Source: Alphaproteobacteria bacterium (GTDB lineage Bacteria; Pseudomonadota; Alphaproteobacteria; Rs-D84). Taken from it: DNA of 64,000 bases. This document shows, piece by piece, positions 40,468 to 50,964 of this stretch. A program made the position numbers and the translations under genes. How positions within the stretch are numbered: the first letter of the stretch is position 1; each line of letters begins with the position of its first letter. The DNA lies in assembly GCA_017935245.1 (NCBI GenBank), contig JAGBHZ010000002.1, positions 27,735-91,734 on the forward strand, in the 5' to 3' direction. The notes under the pieces were generated by a model that was not told the origin of the DNA, did not search any database, and worked only from the letters and a program-made list of their open reading frames with translations.

Positions 40468-40551
40468 TTGACGCGTGGCGGTTTTTAAGATAAAATAAGG
40501 GACAGCAAGGTAAGAAAACAAACCACCGTTTTAATTCGGCGGTATTTTTTT
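40468..40551 (+). ncRNA. Candidate sRNA of about 50 nt (promoter plus terminator, no ORF)
   Basis: TTGACG-17-TAAAAT (40468-40496), then accaccg/cggcggt hairpin + T7. Confidence 0.3.
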
Positions 40552-40661
40552 GAATTAATTCATTGTTTTTAGTTTTATTCTATCTTATTTTAGCATAATT
40601 TTTTTCCATTGGTTATAAAGATAAATAAAAGTTTAGTGGGGGGCTAAAAAGTTACAGGATG

Positions 40662-40687
40662 ACAGAGTTTTTTGCAAAAAACTCTGT
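40662..40687. repeat. Perfect 26-bp palindrome
   Basis: acagagttttttgcaaaaaactctgt. Confidence 0.7.
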
Positions 40688-40714
40688 TTAAAAATACTTA
40701 TCTTTAAAAAAAGA

Positions 40715-40732
40715 GGCATCCACGTGGATGCC
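40715..40732 (-). terminator. secG terminator
   Basis: ggcatcc-acgt-ggatgcc with a T tract on the minus strand. Confidence 0.65.
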
Positions 40733-40752
40733 CCCATGTTTTTCATAATAAA

Positions 40753-41088
40753 TTATTTTGCGGTCGGTGTTTCTGCTGGGGTTTGTACCGGTGCAACGGG
40801 CGTGTCGCCTTGTTCAATTATTTCCTGGCGCAGGTGGCTTTGCTGGGTTGCCATGTCGGTTTTTGATGCAACCAATGCCAACGCCGCGCATAAAATAAAG
40901 AATAATGTCGCCAACCATGCGGTCGCCCGGGTCAAGAAATTACCCGCGGCCGCACCCGTTAATGCGCCACCAAACATTGAAGCCGCCGCCGAACCCGACA
41001 TGCCGGATCCTTCTGATTTCTGTAACAATATCAAACCAATCATAAACACGGCAACGATAATTAAAAAAATCAGTAAAATCGAAAACAT
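40753..41088 (-). CDS. secG: Preprotein translocase subunit SecG
   Basis: ILLQKSEGSG...FGG....NFLTRATAWLATLF. Confidence 0.9.
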   Translation of the reverse strand: MFSILLIFLIIVAVFMIGLILLQKSEGSGMSGSAAASMFGGALTGAAAGNFLTRATAWLATLFFILCAALALVASKTDMATQQSHLRQEIIEQGDTPVAPVQTPAETPTAK

Positions 41089-41135
41089 TTTTATTCCTTT
41101 GTTCTTTTGTTGTGTTGATTCTAGTCATCAAATCC

Positions 41136-41768
41136 TTAAATTGCAAGGATTTTCAACAATTCTTCTGCGGCCATGATACTGGCGGCTTTTTTTGATGCCC
41201 CACTGCCAGACGCGGTTTTGCCCATGGCACTGACGCGGACATTAAATACCGGACAATGTGATGCCCCCGTCGGTTCCAGGTATTGATACACCGGCAACGC
41301 ACCATTATCATTTTTTTGGACATATTCTTGTAATTTAGTTTTTGGGTCTTTTGGTGCAACGATATTTTCGCGTGCCAATTCTGTCCACAGTTCAATTATA
41401 ACCGCCCGTGCGGCGCGCCAACCGCTGTCTATGAAAATCGCCCCCAAGACCGCTTCCATCGCGTCGGCCAAAATATGTTGCAGACGTCCACCCGTCAAAT
41501 GTCCATGTCGAATATGCCGCCCCAGGCCCAATCGTGCCGCAACATTTGCTAATGTCTTGGCCGAAACCAATAACGCATGCCGCCGCGCCAGGTCGCCTTC
41601 GGATTCATTGGGGAACATTTTGTAAAGCATTTCTGCCACCGTCAACCCCAGCACACGATCACCAACAAATTCCAGGCGTTCATTATTATGTTGTGCATCT
41701 GCGCCGCTTTGTGTTAATGCTAAGTCCAATAAACTTTGGTCTTTGAAATTATAATGTAATTTTTCCAT
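41136..41768 (-). CDS. rnc: Ribonuclease III
   Basis: NNERLEFVGDRVLGL, ADAMEAVLGAIFID, dsRBD PKTKLQE. Confidence 0.95.
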   Translation of the reverse strand: MEKLHYNFKDQSLLDLALTQSGADAQHNNERLEFVGDRVLGLTVAEMLYKMFPNESEGDLARRHALLVSAKTLANVAARLGLGRHIRHGHLTGGRLQHILADAMEAVLGAIFIDSGWRAARAVIIELWTELARENIVAPKDPKTKLQEYVQKNDNGALPVYQYLEPTGASHCPVFNVRVSAMGKTASGSGASKKAASIMAAEELLKILAI

Positions 41769-41786
41769 TTTTGTATATTCCTGTGG

Positions 41787-42740
41787 TTAATCAATGCCCA
41801 TACCAATTCGATTCCATCTCATTTTATTGCCCCATGACCATATGGCCAACATTGGCGCAAAGTAATTATGAGAATACCATGTGAACCATACCCGCCCCAG
41901 CACATTATCACGTGGCACGAATCCAACGTGCAGACGGCTGTCCCCGCTGTTGTCGCGGTTGTCCCCCATAAAGAACAAACGATTTTCAGGAACCGTGAAT
42001 ACCGGCGTATTATCGACATATGGTTCATCGTCGGTTGTTTCGATAATGCTGTGCTTTACACCGTTTGGCATTGTTTCTGTGTATTCTGTCATGATAAATA
42101 TGCCACATGGCATCTGGGATGGCTTCCAGTTGCCTTCGGATTGTGGTAACGCATCCGCGCCCGGCCCATCATAGAAATTTACAATACGCTTGTACTGATT
42201 GCTGCACATTGGACTGTATTGAATTGTATAGTTAAATTCGGCCGGTTTGTTATCAATAAATATCTTGTTTCCATCGATTTCAAATGTTCCATTTTGATAT
42301 TTGCCGCGTTTGGGTTCCTTGGGCAGAACCGCCCAAACATATGGGCGCGGATTATCACGTTCAACCTGGGCACCATTAATGTACAGGCGTCCATTTATCA
42401 TCTGGATTTTATCACCGGGCTTTCCGACCAGGCGTTTTACGTAATCCTGACTCTCGTCAACGGGGTTGCGAAACACAATAACGTCGCCGATTTCCGGCTC
42501 GGTCGCCCAGAAACGACCGTTCCATAATTTCCATGACCCAAATGGGAACGAATATCGCGAATACCCATACGACCATTTTGTAACAAATATATGGTCGCCC
42601 ACATGCAACGTCGGAATCATCGAACCCGACGGGATGTTAAAGGGTTCCAGCAACAAACTGCGAAAAACGATTGCGATTAACGCCCCATAAAATATAGTGT
42701 TAAACCATTCACGTGCGACATTTTTGTTTTTTGCGGGCAT
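41787..42740 (-). CDS. lepB: Signal peptidase I
   Basis: IPSGSMIPTL, YVKRLVG, MGDNRDNSGDSR. Confidence 0.93.
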   Translation of the reverse strand: MPAKNKNVAREWFNTIFYGALIAIVFRSLLLEPFNIPSGSMIPTLHVGDHIFVTKWSYGYSRYSFPFGSWKLWNGRFWATEPEIGDVIVFRNPVDESQDYVKRLVGKPGDKIQMINGRLYINGAQVERDNPRPYVWAVLPKEPKRGKYQNGTFEIDGNKIFIDNKPAEFNYTIQYSPMCSNQYKRIVNFYDGPGADALPQSEGNWKPSQMPCGIFIMTEYTETMPNGVKHSIIETTDDEPYVDNTPVFTVPENRLFFMGDNRDNSGDSRLHVGFVPRDNVLGRVWFTWYSHNYFAPMLAIWSWGNKMRWNRIGMGID

Positions 42741-42812
42741 AATCTTAATCCTTTCTTAATGTGGGTATTTTAGACCTTGAAATCACGTAACGCAAGTTAT
42801 AATATGACATGC

Positions 42813-44344
42813 ATGATATCTTTGAATTCAATTATTTTTAATGGCATGGACGCCACCCCCATTGATGTCCAGGTGCAATTGGCATCTGGCCTGTCTAAGC
42901 CAGAATTTAATATTATTGGTCTGGCCGATCGCGCGGTCAAAGAATCCGCAGAACGAATCCGTAATGTTTTGTCGGCGTTGAATTTATCATTACCGCCCAA
43001 GCGGTTGACGGTGAACCTGTCGCCGGCGGACGTGGAAAAAAGCGGTTCGCATTTTGATCTGCCGATTTTGTGTGGAATTTTGTGTGCAATCGGTGTTTTG
43101 CCGGATGAAAAATTATCAAAGTATTTAATATTGGGCGAAGTTGGCCTGGACGGTGCAATCGTAAAAACAGATGCGGTTCTGCCGGCTGGCGTTTGGGCAA
43201 AAAATAACGGACTGGGGTTGATATGCCCCGCCGCCCAGGGTGGTGAAGCGGCCCTTTCGGGACATGGCGACATATTGGCGGCAAATCATGTAATTGATTT
43301 GATTAATCATTTAATGGTACGGTTTCGTTGGTGTCGCAATGTGCCGACAACAACACACAAACCGATACGGTTTCGCACCATATAGATATGTCCGACGTTC
43401 ATGGCCAGGCCGCCGCAAAACGCGCACTGGAAATTGCGGCCGCGGGTGGACATGCAATGTTGATGGTTGGTCCCCCGGGATCGGGAAAAACAATGCTGGC
43501 ATCGCGATTGCCAACGATTATGCCCGAAATGACCGCCGAAGAAATTCTGGAAACGTCAATTATATATTCTATTGCGGGACAATTGGATAACAAATCTTTG
43601 ATTTCAACGCGCCCATTTCGCAGCGTTCATCATACGTCCAGTCCGGTCGCCCTGGCCGGGGGCAGTTCTGATGCCCGTCCCGGTGAAATTTCATTGGCAC
43701 ATAACGGTGTTTTGTTTTTAGATGAATTGCCCGAATTTAATCGTGCAACACTGGAAATCCTGCGCCAGCCAATGGAAAGCGGCAAGATTTTAATTTCTCG
43801 CGCCCGTCGTAATGCCACATATCCGGCCCGATTCCAATTAATTGCCGCCATGAATCCATGTCCATGTGGACATTTGGGAAATGCGGCGATGTCTTGTTCG
43901 CGTGCACCGCGTTGTGCCGAAGCGTACCAGAACAAGATTTCTGGACCGTTATTGGATCGAATTGATTTGCATGTTGATGTCGATGCGGTTAATCCGTGGG
44001 AAATGAATCGCGATGATGGCACGCCCCGCGAAACCAGTAATGAAATCCGCGCACGTGTTGTTGCTGCGCGAAATCGTCAAATCGCCCGCCAGGGACATGT
44101 TAACGCAACACTGGATGGACCGGAACTGGAACGGTTTGCCGCATTAAACGATGAATTGACCGCGTTTTTAAATACAGCGGCGGAACAAATGGGAATGTCT
44201 GCACGTGGATACAATCGTATCAAGCGTTTGGCACGTACAATTGCGGACTTGCGCGGGGCAGGGGACATTGAAATGTCTGACCTGGCCGAGGCTCTATCAT
44301 ACCGCCCCATAAATCGCGGCAAATATGGTGTTAACAATAAATAA
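42813..44344 (+). pseudogene. comM: ComM/YifB Mg-chelatase-like AAA+ ATPase, split by a -1 frameshift near 43311-43315
   Basis: 5' part: GLADRAVKES.ERIR, VNLSPAD, FDLPI. 3' part: DVHGQ, GPPGSGKTMLA, RPFRSVHH, GEISLAH.GVLFLDELPEF, AMNPCPCG. Restoring one A gives HLNGTVSL. Confidence 0.85.
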
Positions 44345-44386
44345 AATATTGGTGCAAAAAAGCACCATATTTTTTTGACAAAACTA

Positions 44387-44414
44387 TTGACAAAATGTAT
44401 TTTTGGACTATAAT
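44387..44414 (+). promoter_or_regulatory. Consensus sigma70 promoter
   Basis: TTGACA-16-TATAAT upstream of 44450. Confidence 0.65.
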
Positions 44415-44449
44415 CATAGCAAGATAAATTAATACCAAAGGGGTTATAG

Positions 44450-45214
44450 ATGCCAAAAAAACAACAAATTAAGCGCGCAACCAGTCGCGTTCAGCAAAAA
44501 AAGACCGCCACCAAGTCGGCACGTCGCAATAAGTTTTGGTCGCGCACATGGAATATTATTTGTGCGCCATTTCGTGCGATTGCACGCGCATGTAAATGGG
44601 TTTGGAAATGGCTGTGCGGTATAAATGTCATTGGAATTGTTAATTTGACATTATTGATTGCTATAATCGTTTTGTTTTCATTGTTAATTATTGATTTTAC
44701 AAAATGTGGTCGTGATTCTGTTGTCTATGTTCGCGATGACGTAACCCAGGTATCTGTTTTACCATCTGAAAGCACACCGAAACGCAATGTTGTTGCCCGT
44801 CCGGTAAAGCCAGTAACAAACACATTACCAATGGTGCGCAATCCAAAAACACGCGAAGTTATTAATGAACCAATTGTTGTTGCGCCATCCAAGCCATGTC
44901 CACATCTGGTTAATCAAATTGCACATGTAAAACCAGAAAACAAAATCATGGGCGACGTTGTTATTGATACACGTCGTGCGGCATCTGTGATTGAACATAA
45001 TACCCGGGTCCAGGGTAACCTGTACCTGCAAAACATGCGTAAATATACATTGCCATGTGGTGTTCGTGTCGAAGGGAACCTGTTCCTGCGCGATGTAAAT
45101 TTATTACAGTTTTGCGGTGAATTTACCGTAACGGGAAACATCTATGTTAACCCACGTTCGTCGTTTGGTCCAATCCCGGCCAATGCGCGTGTGGGCGGAT
45201 ATGTTATCCTATAA
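44450..45214 (+). CDS. Membrane-anchored hypothetical protein with C-terminal beta-solenoid-like repeats
   Basis: Basic N-terminus, transmembrane segment, repeats VQGNLYL / VEGNLFL / VTGNIYV / VGGYVIL. Confidence 0.7.
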   Translation: MPKKQQIKRATSRVQQKKTATKSARRNKFWSRTWNIICAPFRAIARACKWVWKWLCGINVIGIVNLTLLIAIIVLFSLLIIDFTKCGRDSVVYVRDDVTQVSVLPSESTPKRNVVARPVKPVTNTLPMVRNPKTREVINEPIVVAPSKPCPHLVNQIAHVKPENKIMGDVVIDTRRAASVIEHNTRVQGNLYLQNMRKYTLPCGVRVEGNLFLRDVNLLQFCGEFTVTGNIYVNPRSSFGPIPANARVGGYVIL

Positions 45215-45341
45215 AAAGTTTTTTTTCATGTTTTCTCCCCTTGTGAAAAAAGAAAGGTCCGCGATTTATTCGCGGTCTTTTTTTCATGGCGTCATATTTT
45301 CAGATGTGATATAATCCACATGTACAAACAAAGGGATAAAA

Positions 45342-45569
45342 ATGAAATCTTTTGAAAAATTAATGAATGTTTTGGCCAGTAATTTGGGCTATACCGTTGT
45401 ATTGGTTGCGGCAATTGTGTTGTTTGCAATCTTTTCAGACGGCTTAATTTCTGGATTGATTACGGCGATTTCTGCATTGCTGGCATATACGTGCATTGTT
45501 GCAATCGCGCGCGAATATCGCAAGGTTCCATCAAAACCGGCCCCAAAATCAAAATCTAAAAAGAAATAA
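45342..45569 (+). CDS. Small membrane protein
   Basis: Two hydrophobic segments, basic tail, RBS aaggga. Confidence 0.7.
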   Translation: MKSFEKLMNVLASNLGYTVVLVAAIVLFAIFSDGLISGLITAISALLAYTCIVAIAREYRKVPSKPAPKSKSKKK

Positions 45570-45593
45570 AAGAAACCGCCAATTGGCGGTTTT

Positions 45594-46262
45594 TTATTTC
45601 AGTCCAAACTTATATGCCGCCCCGATATAAAATTCGGTTGCGTCAATATCTGTGGTGGCGTATGTGTTGCCGTTTGTGCGGTGGTCGGCATCGCCATATT
45701 TTTGGTATTTTACCCCCAGGTTCAAATCAACCCGTTCATTTAATGCAAAATTAACCCCAATCATCGCCGCATACGACAAATCAAATGTAGTGTCGGTTGC
45801 ATGTGGCATGCGTCCCCCAATTTCCGACCATATTGTTGAAAAACCAACCCCAATACCGGCATATGGTTCAACCGCGCCACCATATGTGCGGAACAAATAA
45901 ACGTTCACCATATTTGACCAAATGTCAAAGTTCATGTCGATTTCGCGCCGTGTGTCATCGGTCCCGGTGTACGCGGTTTCAAATTCGATTTTCAAGAAGT
46001 CCGTTAATCGGTTCCCAATGTACAACCCCAACCCAACATTGTCATTTTTCAGTGTTGTATCTGCGCCATCACGCACATCAAAGCCAAACGCAATACGTTC
46101 GTTTTTATGCAGACGCGCCCCAATATAATTATCGCGCGCCACGGCGGGGGTATCATATACCTGGTATTCAGTGTCCGGGGACACATATTCTTGATAGTAA
46201 AAATCATTTGCAAATGCGGGAATTGAAATTAAAAACGATAACCCCAGTATAATTTTTTTCAT
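45594..46262 (-). CDS. Outer-membrane beta-barrel protein (opacity/porin-like)
   Basis: Signal peptide MKKII...PAFA; PYAGIGVG, GVNFAL, LNLGVKYQ, YIGAAYKF. Confidence 0.8.
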   Translation of the reverse strand: MKKIILGLSFLISIPAFANDFYYQEYVSPDTEYQVYDTPAVARDNYIGARLHKNERIAFGFDVRDGADTTLKNDNVGLGLYIGNRLTDFLKIEFETAYTGTDDTRREIDMNFDIWSNMVNVYLFRTYGGAVEPYAGIGVGFSTIWSEIGGRMPHATDTTFDLSYAAMIGVNFALNERVDLNLGVKYQKYGDADHRTNGNTYATTDIDATEFYIGAAYKFGLK

Positions 46263-46332
46263 ATATTTCTTTCCTTTTTTGTATGCAAGGATTATAGTTA
46301 CAAAGTACACAGAAAGGCAAGGGAATTTAATC

Positions 46333-48105
46333 GTGGCAAAAAACGCAACCAATAATCGTAAATCTGATACGCCCACACCAACGCTGCGTCGGCGCATTTT
46401 TGCGTGGGTATTTAATTTGTGTTTGATGTGTGGTTTGGTGGTTGTGGGCTATGTTGCGTATATTTATATGCGTATGCCATCGTTGGATGCGATTTTGCAT
46501 GAAACGCGACCGGCGGCATTGGTGTTTCTGGATAAAAATGGAAATGAAATTCGTGCGTCTGGGCGCATAATGGGCACACCTGTATCGGTTGAAACATTAC
46601 CCCCCCACGTATGGCAGGCGATAATTGCCATCGAAGACAAGCGGTTCTTTGAACATGGTCCAATTGATATACGTGGGATAAGCCGCGCGGTGATATCAAA
46701 TCTGGCGTCGGGTCGTATTGCGGCGGGCGGTTCAACAATTACCCAGCAAACTGCCAAGAATATATTTCTAAGTCGGGATAAAAAAATCTCGCGCAAGGTG
46801 CAAGAACTAATATTATCATACTGGCTTGAAAACAGATTTGATAAAAACCAGGTACTGGATTTATACATGAACCGCGTATCACTGGTTGGTGGGATGCGTG
46901 GTATCGATGCGGCGTCGCGCATAATGTTTCAAACGCCGGCGACAAAACTTAGCATTGCCCAGGCTGCCCAAATTGCCGCAATGTTAAAGGCCCCCACAAC
47001 ATACAGTCCACTAAAAAATCCGGAAAAAAATATCAAGCGTGCCCGTGTTGTTTTACAGGAAATGGTTCGCCAGGGATATATCACATTGAACCAGGCGCGT
47101 ATCGCGGCCCAGCAATTGGCCCCCGCAACCCCCGCGGCGGATACAAACCTGTATCGGTACTGGACCGATTTTGTAATTGACGAAGTAAAATCCAGAATTG
47201 GTACATTTGAATCTGATTTGTATGTGCATACCACCATGGATATGCATGCCCAGGAACGTGTTGCCGCAACATTATCACAGAAAACATCCCCATACCAGGG
47301 GGCCGTTGTTGCCATTACACACGATGGCGCAATTCGCGCAATGTCCGGCGGTACCGATTACCAGACCAGTCAATTTAATCGTGCCACCGCCCCCCGTCAA
47401 CCCGGCAGCAGTTTTAAGCCCGTTGTATATTTAGTTGCGTTGGAAAATGGCCTGGGGCCCGACAGTTATGTGAACGATTCACCATTTGCAATTGGCGATT
47501 ATAATCCCCGAAATTACAACGAACGCTACTATGGTGATATTACATTGGCCACCGCATTTGCAAAAAGTGTGAATTCCGTGCCATTAAAACTAACCGAAAT
47601 GTATGGGATTGATTCCGTGCTGTCGATGGCCGGGCGTTTGGGCGTTGGAACGCGCCTGCGTCGTGAATATTCAACCGTGCTTGGCGCGTCGGAAATGAGT
47701 TTGTTAGATTTAACCAACATATACGCGGTTATTTGGAATAATGGTAATTCGGTGCGCCCATATTCGATTACGAAAATTACAGACGAATCAGGTAATATTC
47801 TTTATGAACGCAATCCATCGGAACCAATTAATGTACTGCAACCCCAAACGGTTGAATATATGACCCAGATGTTGTCGGATGTGATTGCACCGGGTGGTAC
47901 GGGCGGTCGTGCGCGTGCGCCGGGCGTATTGGGTGGCAAAACCGGCACCAGTAATGAAAATCGCGATGCATGGTTTGTTGGTGCGACCGATGATCTGGTT
48001 ATTGGGGTATGGATGGGCAACGATGATTTTAGCCCAATGGATTCTAAAATAACCGGTGGCACAATTCCCGCCGAAATATTCAAAGAAATTGTTACAATGC
48101 AATAA
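46333..48105 (+). CDS. Class A penicillin-binding protein (PBP1A family)
   Basis: IEDKRFFEH, GGSTITQQTAKN, RKVQE, RQPGSSFKP, SVN, GKTGT; GTG start inferred. Confidence 0.92.
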   Translation: MAKNATNNRKSDTPTPTLRRRIFAWVFNLCLMCGLVVVGYVAYIYMRMPSLDAILHETRPAALVFLDKNGNEIRASGRIMGTPVSVETLPPHVWQAIIAIEDKRFFEHGPIDIRGISRAVISNLASGRIAAGGSTITQQTAKNIFLSRDKKISRKVQELILSYWLENRFDKNQVLDLYMNRVSLVGGMRGIDAASRIMFQTPATKLSIAQAAQIAAMLKAPTTYSPLKNPEKNIKRARVVLQEMVRQGYITLNQARIAAQQLAPATPAADTNLYRYWTDFVIDEVKSRIGTFESDLYVHTTMDMHAQERVAATLSQKTSPYQGAVVAITHDGAIRAMSGGTDYQTSQFNRATAPRQPGSSFKPVVYLVALENGLGPDSYVNDSPFAIGDYNPRNYNERYYGDITLATAFAKSVNSVPLKLTEMYGIDSVLSMAGRLGVGTRLRREYSTVLGASEMSLLDLTNIYAVIWNNGNSVRPYSITKITDESGNILYERNPSEPINVLQPQTVEYMTQMLSDVIAPGGTGGRARAPGVLGGKTGTSNENRDAWFVGATDDLVIGVWMGNDDFSPMDSKITGGTIPAEIFKEIVTMQ

Positions 48106-48125
48106 AGTAATCAAAAGGCATCATT

Positions 48126-49934
48126 ATGTCGCGCAAACAAAGTCAAAAATCGAAACTGTCCGCCCAGAATCTGGCGTTGCCAAAATCATTGTGGAAATTT
48201 TATTTCAAATATGCCGTACCCGGTTCCTGGGGGGCATTGATTGCATGGGCGGTATTCTTCTTTATCGTGTCGATGGATGGCGTTTTGTTCCCGAATTTTC
48301 AGCGTTGGTTTGTTGCGTTGTTTGAAAATCCGGTACCAAATGGCATGACATTCATGGGGCACGCCATGTCAACGGTTATGTTGATTGTTGCGCTGCTGCT
48401 GCTGATAGATATCAGTGCGCTGGCACGTGATGTTTTTCGGGCTCGCTGGGCGCCATTGGTGTCAAATCGAATATGGACCCAGTTAAGTGATTATGTCCAC
48501 GATCAATCAATATCGTTCTGGACGGGACGTATGGCCGGCAAGGTGCACACACAAATTCTATATGTAACCAAGGGCTTCGAAGCGATTGTTGATTTTTGGC
48601 GCATTGTATGCCTGTTTGCGGTTGTTGCACTGAATATGGGGTTGATTTTTTCAATTAACACCTATGTTGCAATTATGTTTGCAATTGTCTTTGTGTTTCG
48701 TGCCATATACAGTTGGGTTATGGTCAAACCAATGAACAAGGCCGCCAAGGATTACAGCAGTGCCAACAGTGATGTTTCCGGTAAAAGTGTGGACAGTATT
48801 TCAAATTTTTCGGTTGTAAAACTGTTTGCGGGAACGGCGCGCGAACGTGCATATCTGGAACCATCGCGCCAGCGGGCCATTAAATCGCACAAGTACAAGT
48901 TCTATGTTCAACGCTGGTTCTGGGGATTTCCAATGATTTTATGGGATGTCTGCTATGGTATTACGTTGTTGTTATGTGCGTGGCTTTATACCCAGGGCAA
49001 AATAACTGTTGCAGAAATAGTATTCACAAATTCTGTATTCTTTACCGTTATGGGCACAATTGGTCAAATTGTAAATCAAATCCCAAATATCACAGATACA
49101 TTGGGGGCGGCATCGCGTGCGTACGAAGAATTATCTGTGCCGATGGATGTTGTTGACATGCCAAATGCAGCCCAGTTGCATGTTACATGTGGTGATATTG
49201 AATTTCGTAATGTGTCATTTAAGTACAAACGCAAATGGGTTTTACGCAATTTTAACCTGCACATTAAATGTGGTGAACGCGTTGGTTTGGTTGGTGCGTC
49301 GGGTGCCGGGAAAACGACATTGGTCAACCTGTTGATGCGTTTTTATGATCCAAATGCTGGCGAGATTTTAATTGATGGTCAGAACATAAAAAACGTTACA
49401 CAAAATTCATTACGAAACAGTATTGCCTTTATCCCCCAGGAACCAACGATGTTTAATCGAACGCTGCGCGAGAATATTGAATATGGCAAGCCGGGCGCAA
49501 CAATGTCCGAAATCCGGCGCGCATCAAAGCGTGCTGCGGCACATGATTTCATAATGGATACGGACAAAAAATATGATTCCATGGTTGGCGATCGTGGGAT
49601 TAAATTGTCTGGCGGTCAACGCCAGCGTGTTGCAATCGCGCGTGCATTTTTAAAAGATGCACCAATACTTGTCCTGGATGAAGCGACATCCGCCCTTGAT
49701 TCCCAGACCGAGGTTGCAATTCAAAAATCATTTGATGAATTGGCCAGTGGTCGCACGACACTGGCAATTGCACATCGATTAAGTACGCTGCGCAACATGA
49801 ATAAAATTGTTGTTATGAAGAACGGGCGTATTATTGAGTACGGCCATCACGACGAATTATTGCGCAGGCGTGGCGAATATGCGCGCTTGTGGAAAATGCA
49901 GTCGGGTGGTTTTTTGCAAGAAGACAATCAGTAA
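48126..49934 (+). CDS. ABC transporter, fused permease and ATPase (exporter)
   Basis: Six transmembrane segments, GASGAGKTT, LSGGQRQR, LVLDEATSALD, AHRLST. Confidence 0.92.
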   Translation: MSRKQSQKSKLSAQNLALPKSLWKFYFKYAVPGSWGALIAWAVFFFIVSMDGVLFPNFQRWFVALFENPVPNGMTFMGHAMSTVMLIVALLLLIDISALARDVFRARWAPLVSNRIWTQLSDYVHDQSISFWTGRMAGKVHTQILYVTKGFEAIVDFWRIVCLFAVVALNMGLIFSINTYVAIMFAIVFVFRAIYSWVMVKPMNKAAKDYSSANSDVSGKSVDSISNFSVVKLFAGTARERAYLEPSRQRAIKSHKYKFYVQRWFWGFPMILWDVCYGITLLLCAWLYTQGKITVAEIVFTNSVFFTVMGTIGQIVNQIPNITDTLGAASRAYEELSVPMDVVDMPNAAQLHVTCGDIEFRNVSFKYKRKWVLRNFNLHIKCGERVGLVGASGAGKTTLVNLLMRFYDPNAGEILIDGQNIKNVTQNSLRNSIAFIPQEPTMFNRTLRENIEYGKPGATMSEIRRASKRAAAHDFIMDTDKKYDSMVGDRGIKLSGGQRQRVAIARAFLKDAPILVLDEATSALDSQTEVAIQKSFDELASGRTTLAIAHRLSTLRNMNKIVVMKNGRIIEYGHHDELLRRRGEYARLWKMQSGGFLQEDNQ

Positions 49935-49980
49935 TAAAATCTATTTTTATCGTAACGCAATTTATGATATAATAATACGC

Positions 49981-50964
49981 ATGAGAAAGAGAAACTTAAT
50001 ACTTTTGCCTGTTTTATCATGCCTGATGTCGGTGCCGGCAATGGCGGGTTGGCAATATGATGGTGAATATGTCGGCGATGGCTGGTATATGGATGATGGT
50101 GCGCGCTTTGTTATATCTGTTCGCGGTGGCGCGGCGGCGGGATTTGGCGCGATTAAAAACGACGTTGGGGAACTAAGTACATTTTATTATATTAACGATG
50201 AAAACAATCTGATATCGGAATCGGTGTGTTTTTCATTTGGCGGCGAAAATGGTTGTCTGGACGCGGGGTATAAACTGGCGGGGTATGGCAATATTGCTGA
50301 TTTGCCCCCGACCAAGGATTTTGAATCGTTCGCATTTGCCGCCGGGGCCAGTATTGGTTGGACATTACCCGGCCGCCCCCAGTGGCGATTTGAAGCCGGC
50401 TGGGATCATATAATGAAAAGCGATTATAACGCAACGCCAATGTATTCTGGGGTTCTGCAATTGTCTGGGGGCGTGTTGTCGGATATGGTTGCGGATGCGG
50501 GATCGGTACAATCAACGGTTCAAACCGATGTCATTAGTGCAATGGCATACTATGATTTCTTTGACGGTTTGCAAAAACCATTGGGGACAATGATACCGTA
50601 TGTTGGTTTGGGGATTGGTTATGCCGACACAACCACAACAATGAAATTAACCGACACCTATGGCAATCTGTCGGGTGATAATTCAATGGATAATTATGGT
50701 GTGATTTCCGAAGACGACCCATACAAATTGGTGGATTTTTATAAATCAGAATACAGCAATTCTAATATTGCGGGTATTATTGCGGCGGGATTTTCATATG
50801 GTCTGACGGATCGTATATATATGGATATGGGGGCGCGTCTGACATATATTCCAAAGATTAAGTGGGTTTTAACAAACGAAGATGATACCCAACACCGTGA
50901 TTGGATTCGTGGAGAAAACCTGATTTATATCAATATGATGCTGGGGTTGCGTTTTGAATTTTAA
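49981..50964 (+). CDS. Outer-membrane beta-barrel protein
   Basis: Signal peptide ending PAMA; PYVGLGIGY, MDMGARLTY, C-terminal LGLRFEF. Confidence 0.8.
   Translation: MRKRNLILLPVLSCLMSVPAMAGWQYDGEYVGDGWYMDDGARFVISVRGGAAAGFGAIKNDVGELSTFYYINDENNLISESVCFSFGGENGCLDAGYKLAGYGNIADLPPTKDFESFAFAAGASIGWTLPGRPQWRFEAGWDHIMKSDYNATPMYSGVLQLSGGVLSDMVADAGSVQSTVQTDVISAMAYYDFFDGLQKPLGTMIPYVGLGIGYADTTTTMKLTDTYGNLSGDNSMDNYGVISEDDPYKLVDFYKSEYSNSNIAGIIAAGFSYGLTDRIYMDMGARLTYIPKIKWVLTNEDDTQHRDWIRGENLIYINMMLGLRFEF

Noticed and set aside
43305-43330. Programmed -1 frameshift in comM
   Set aside because: No X XXY YYZ slippery heptamer or long homopolymer at the junction; a simple deletion explains it.
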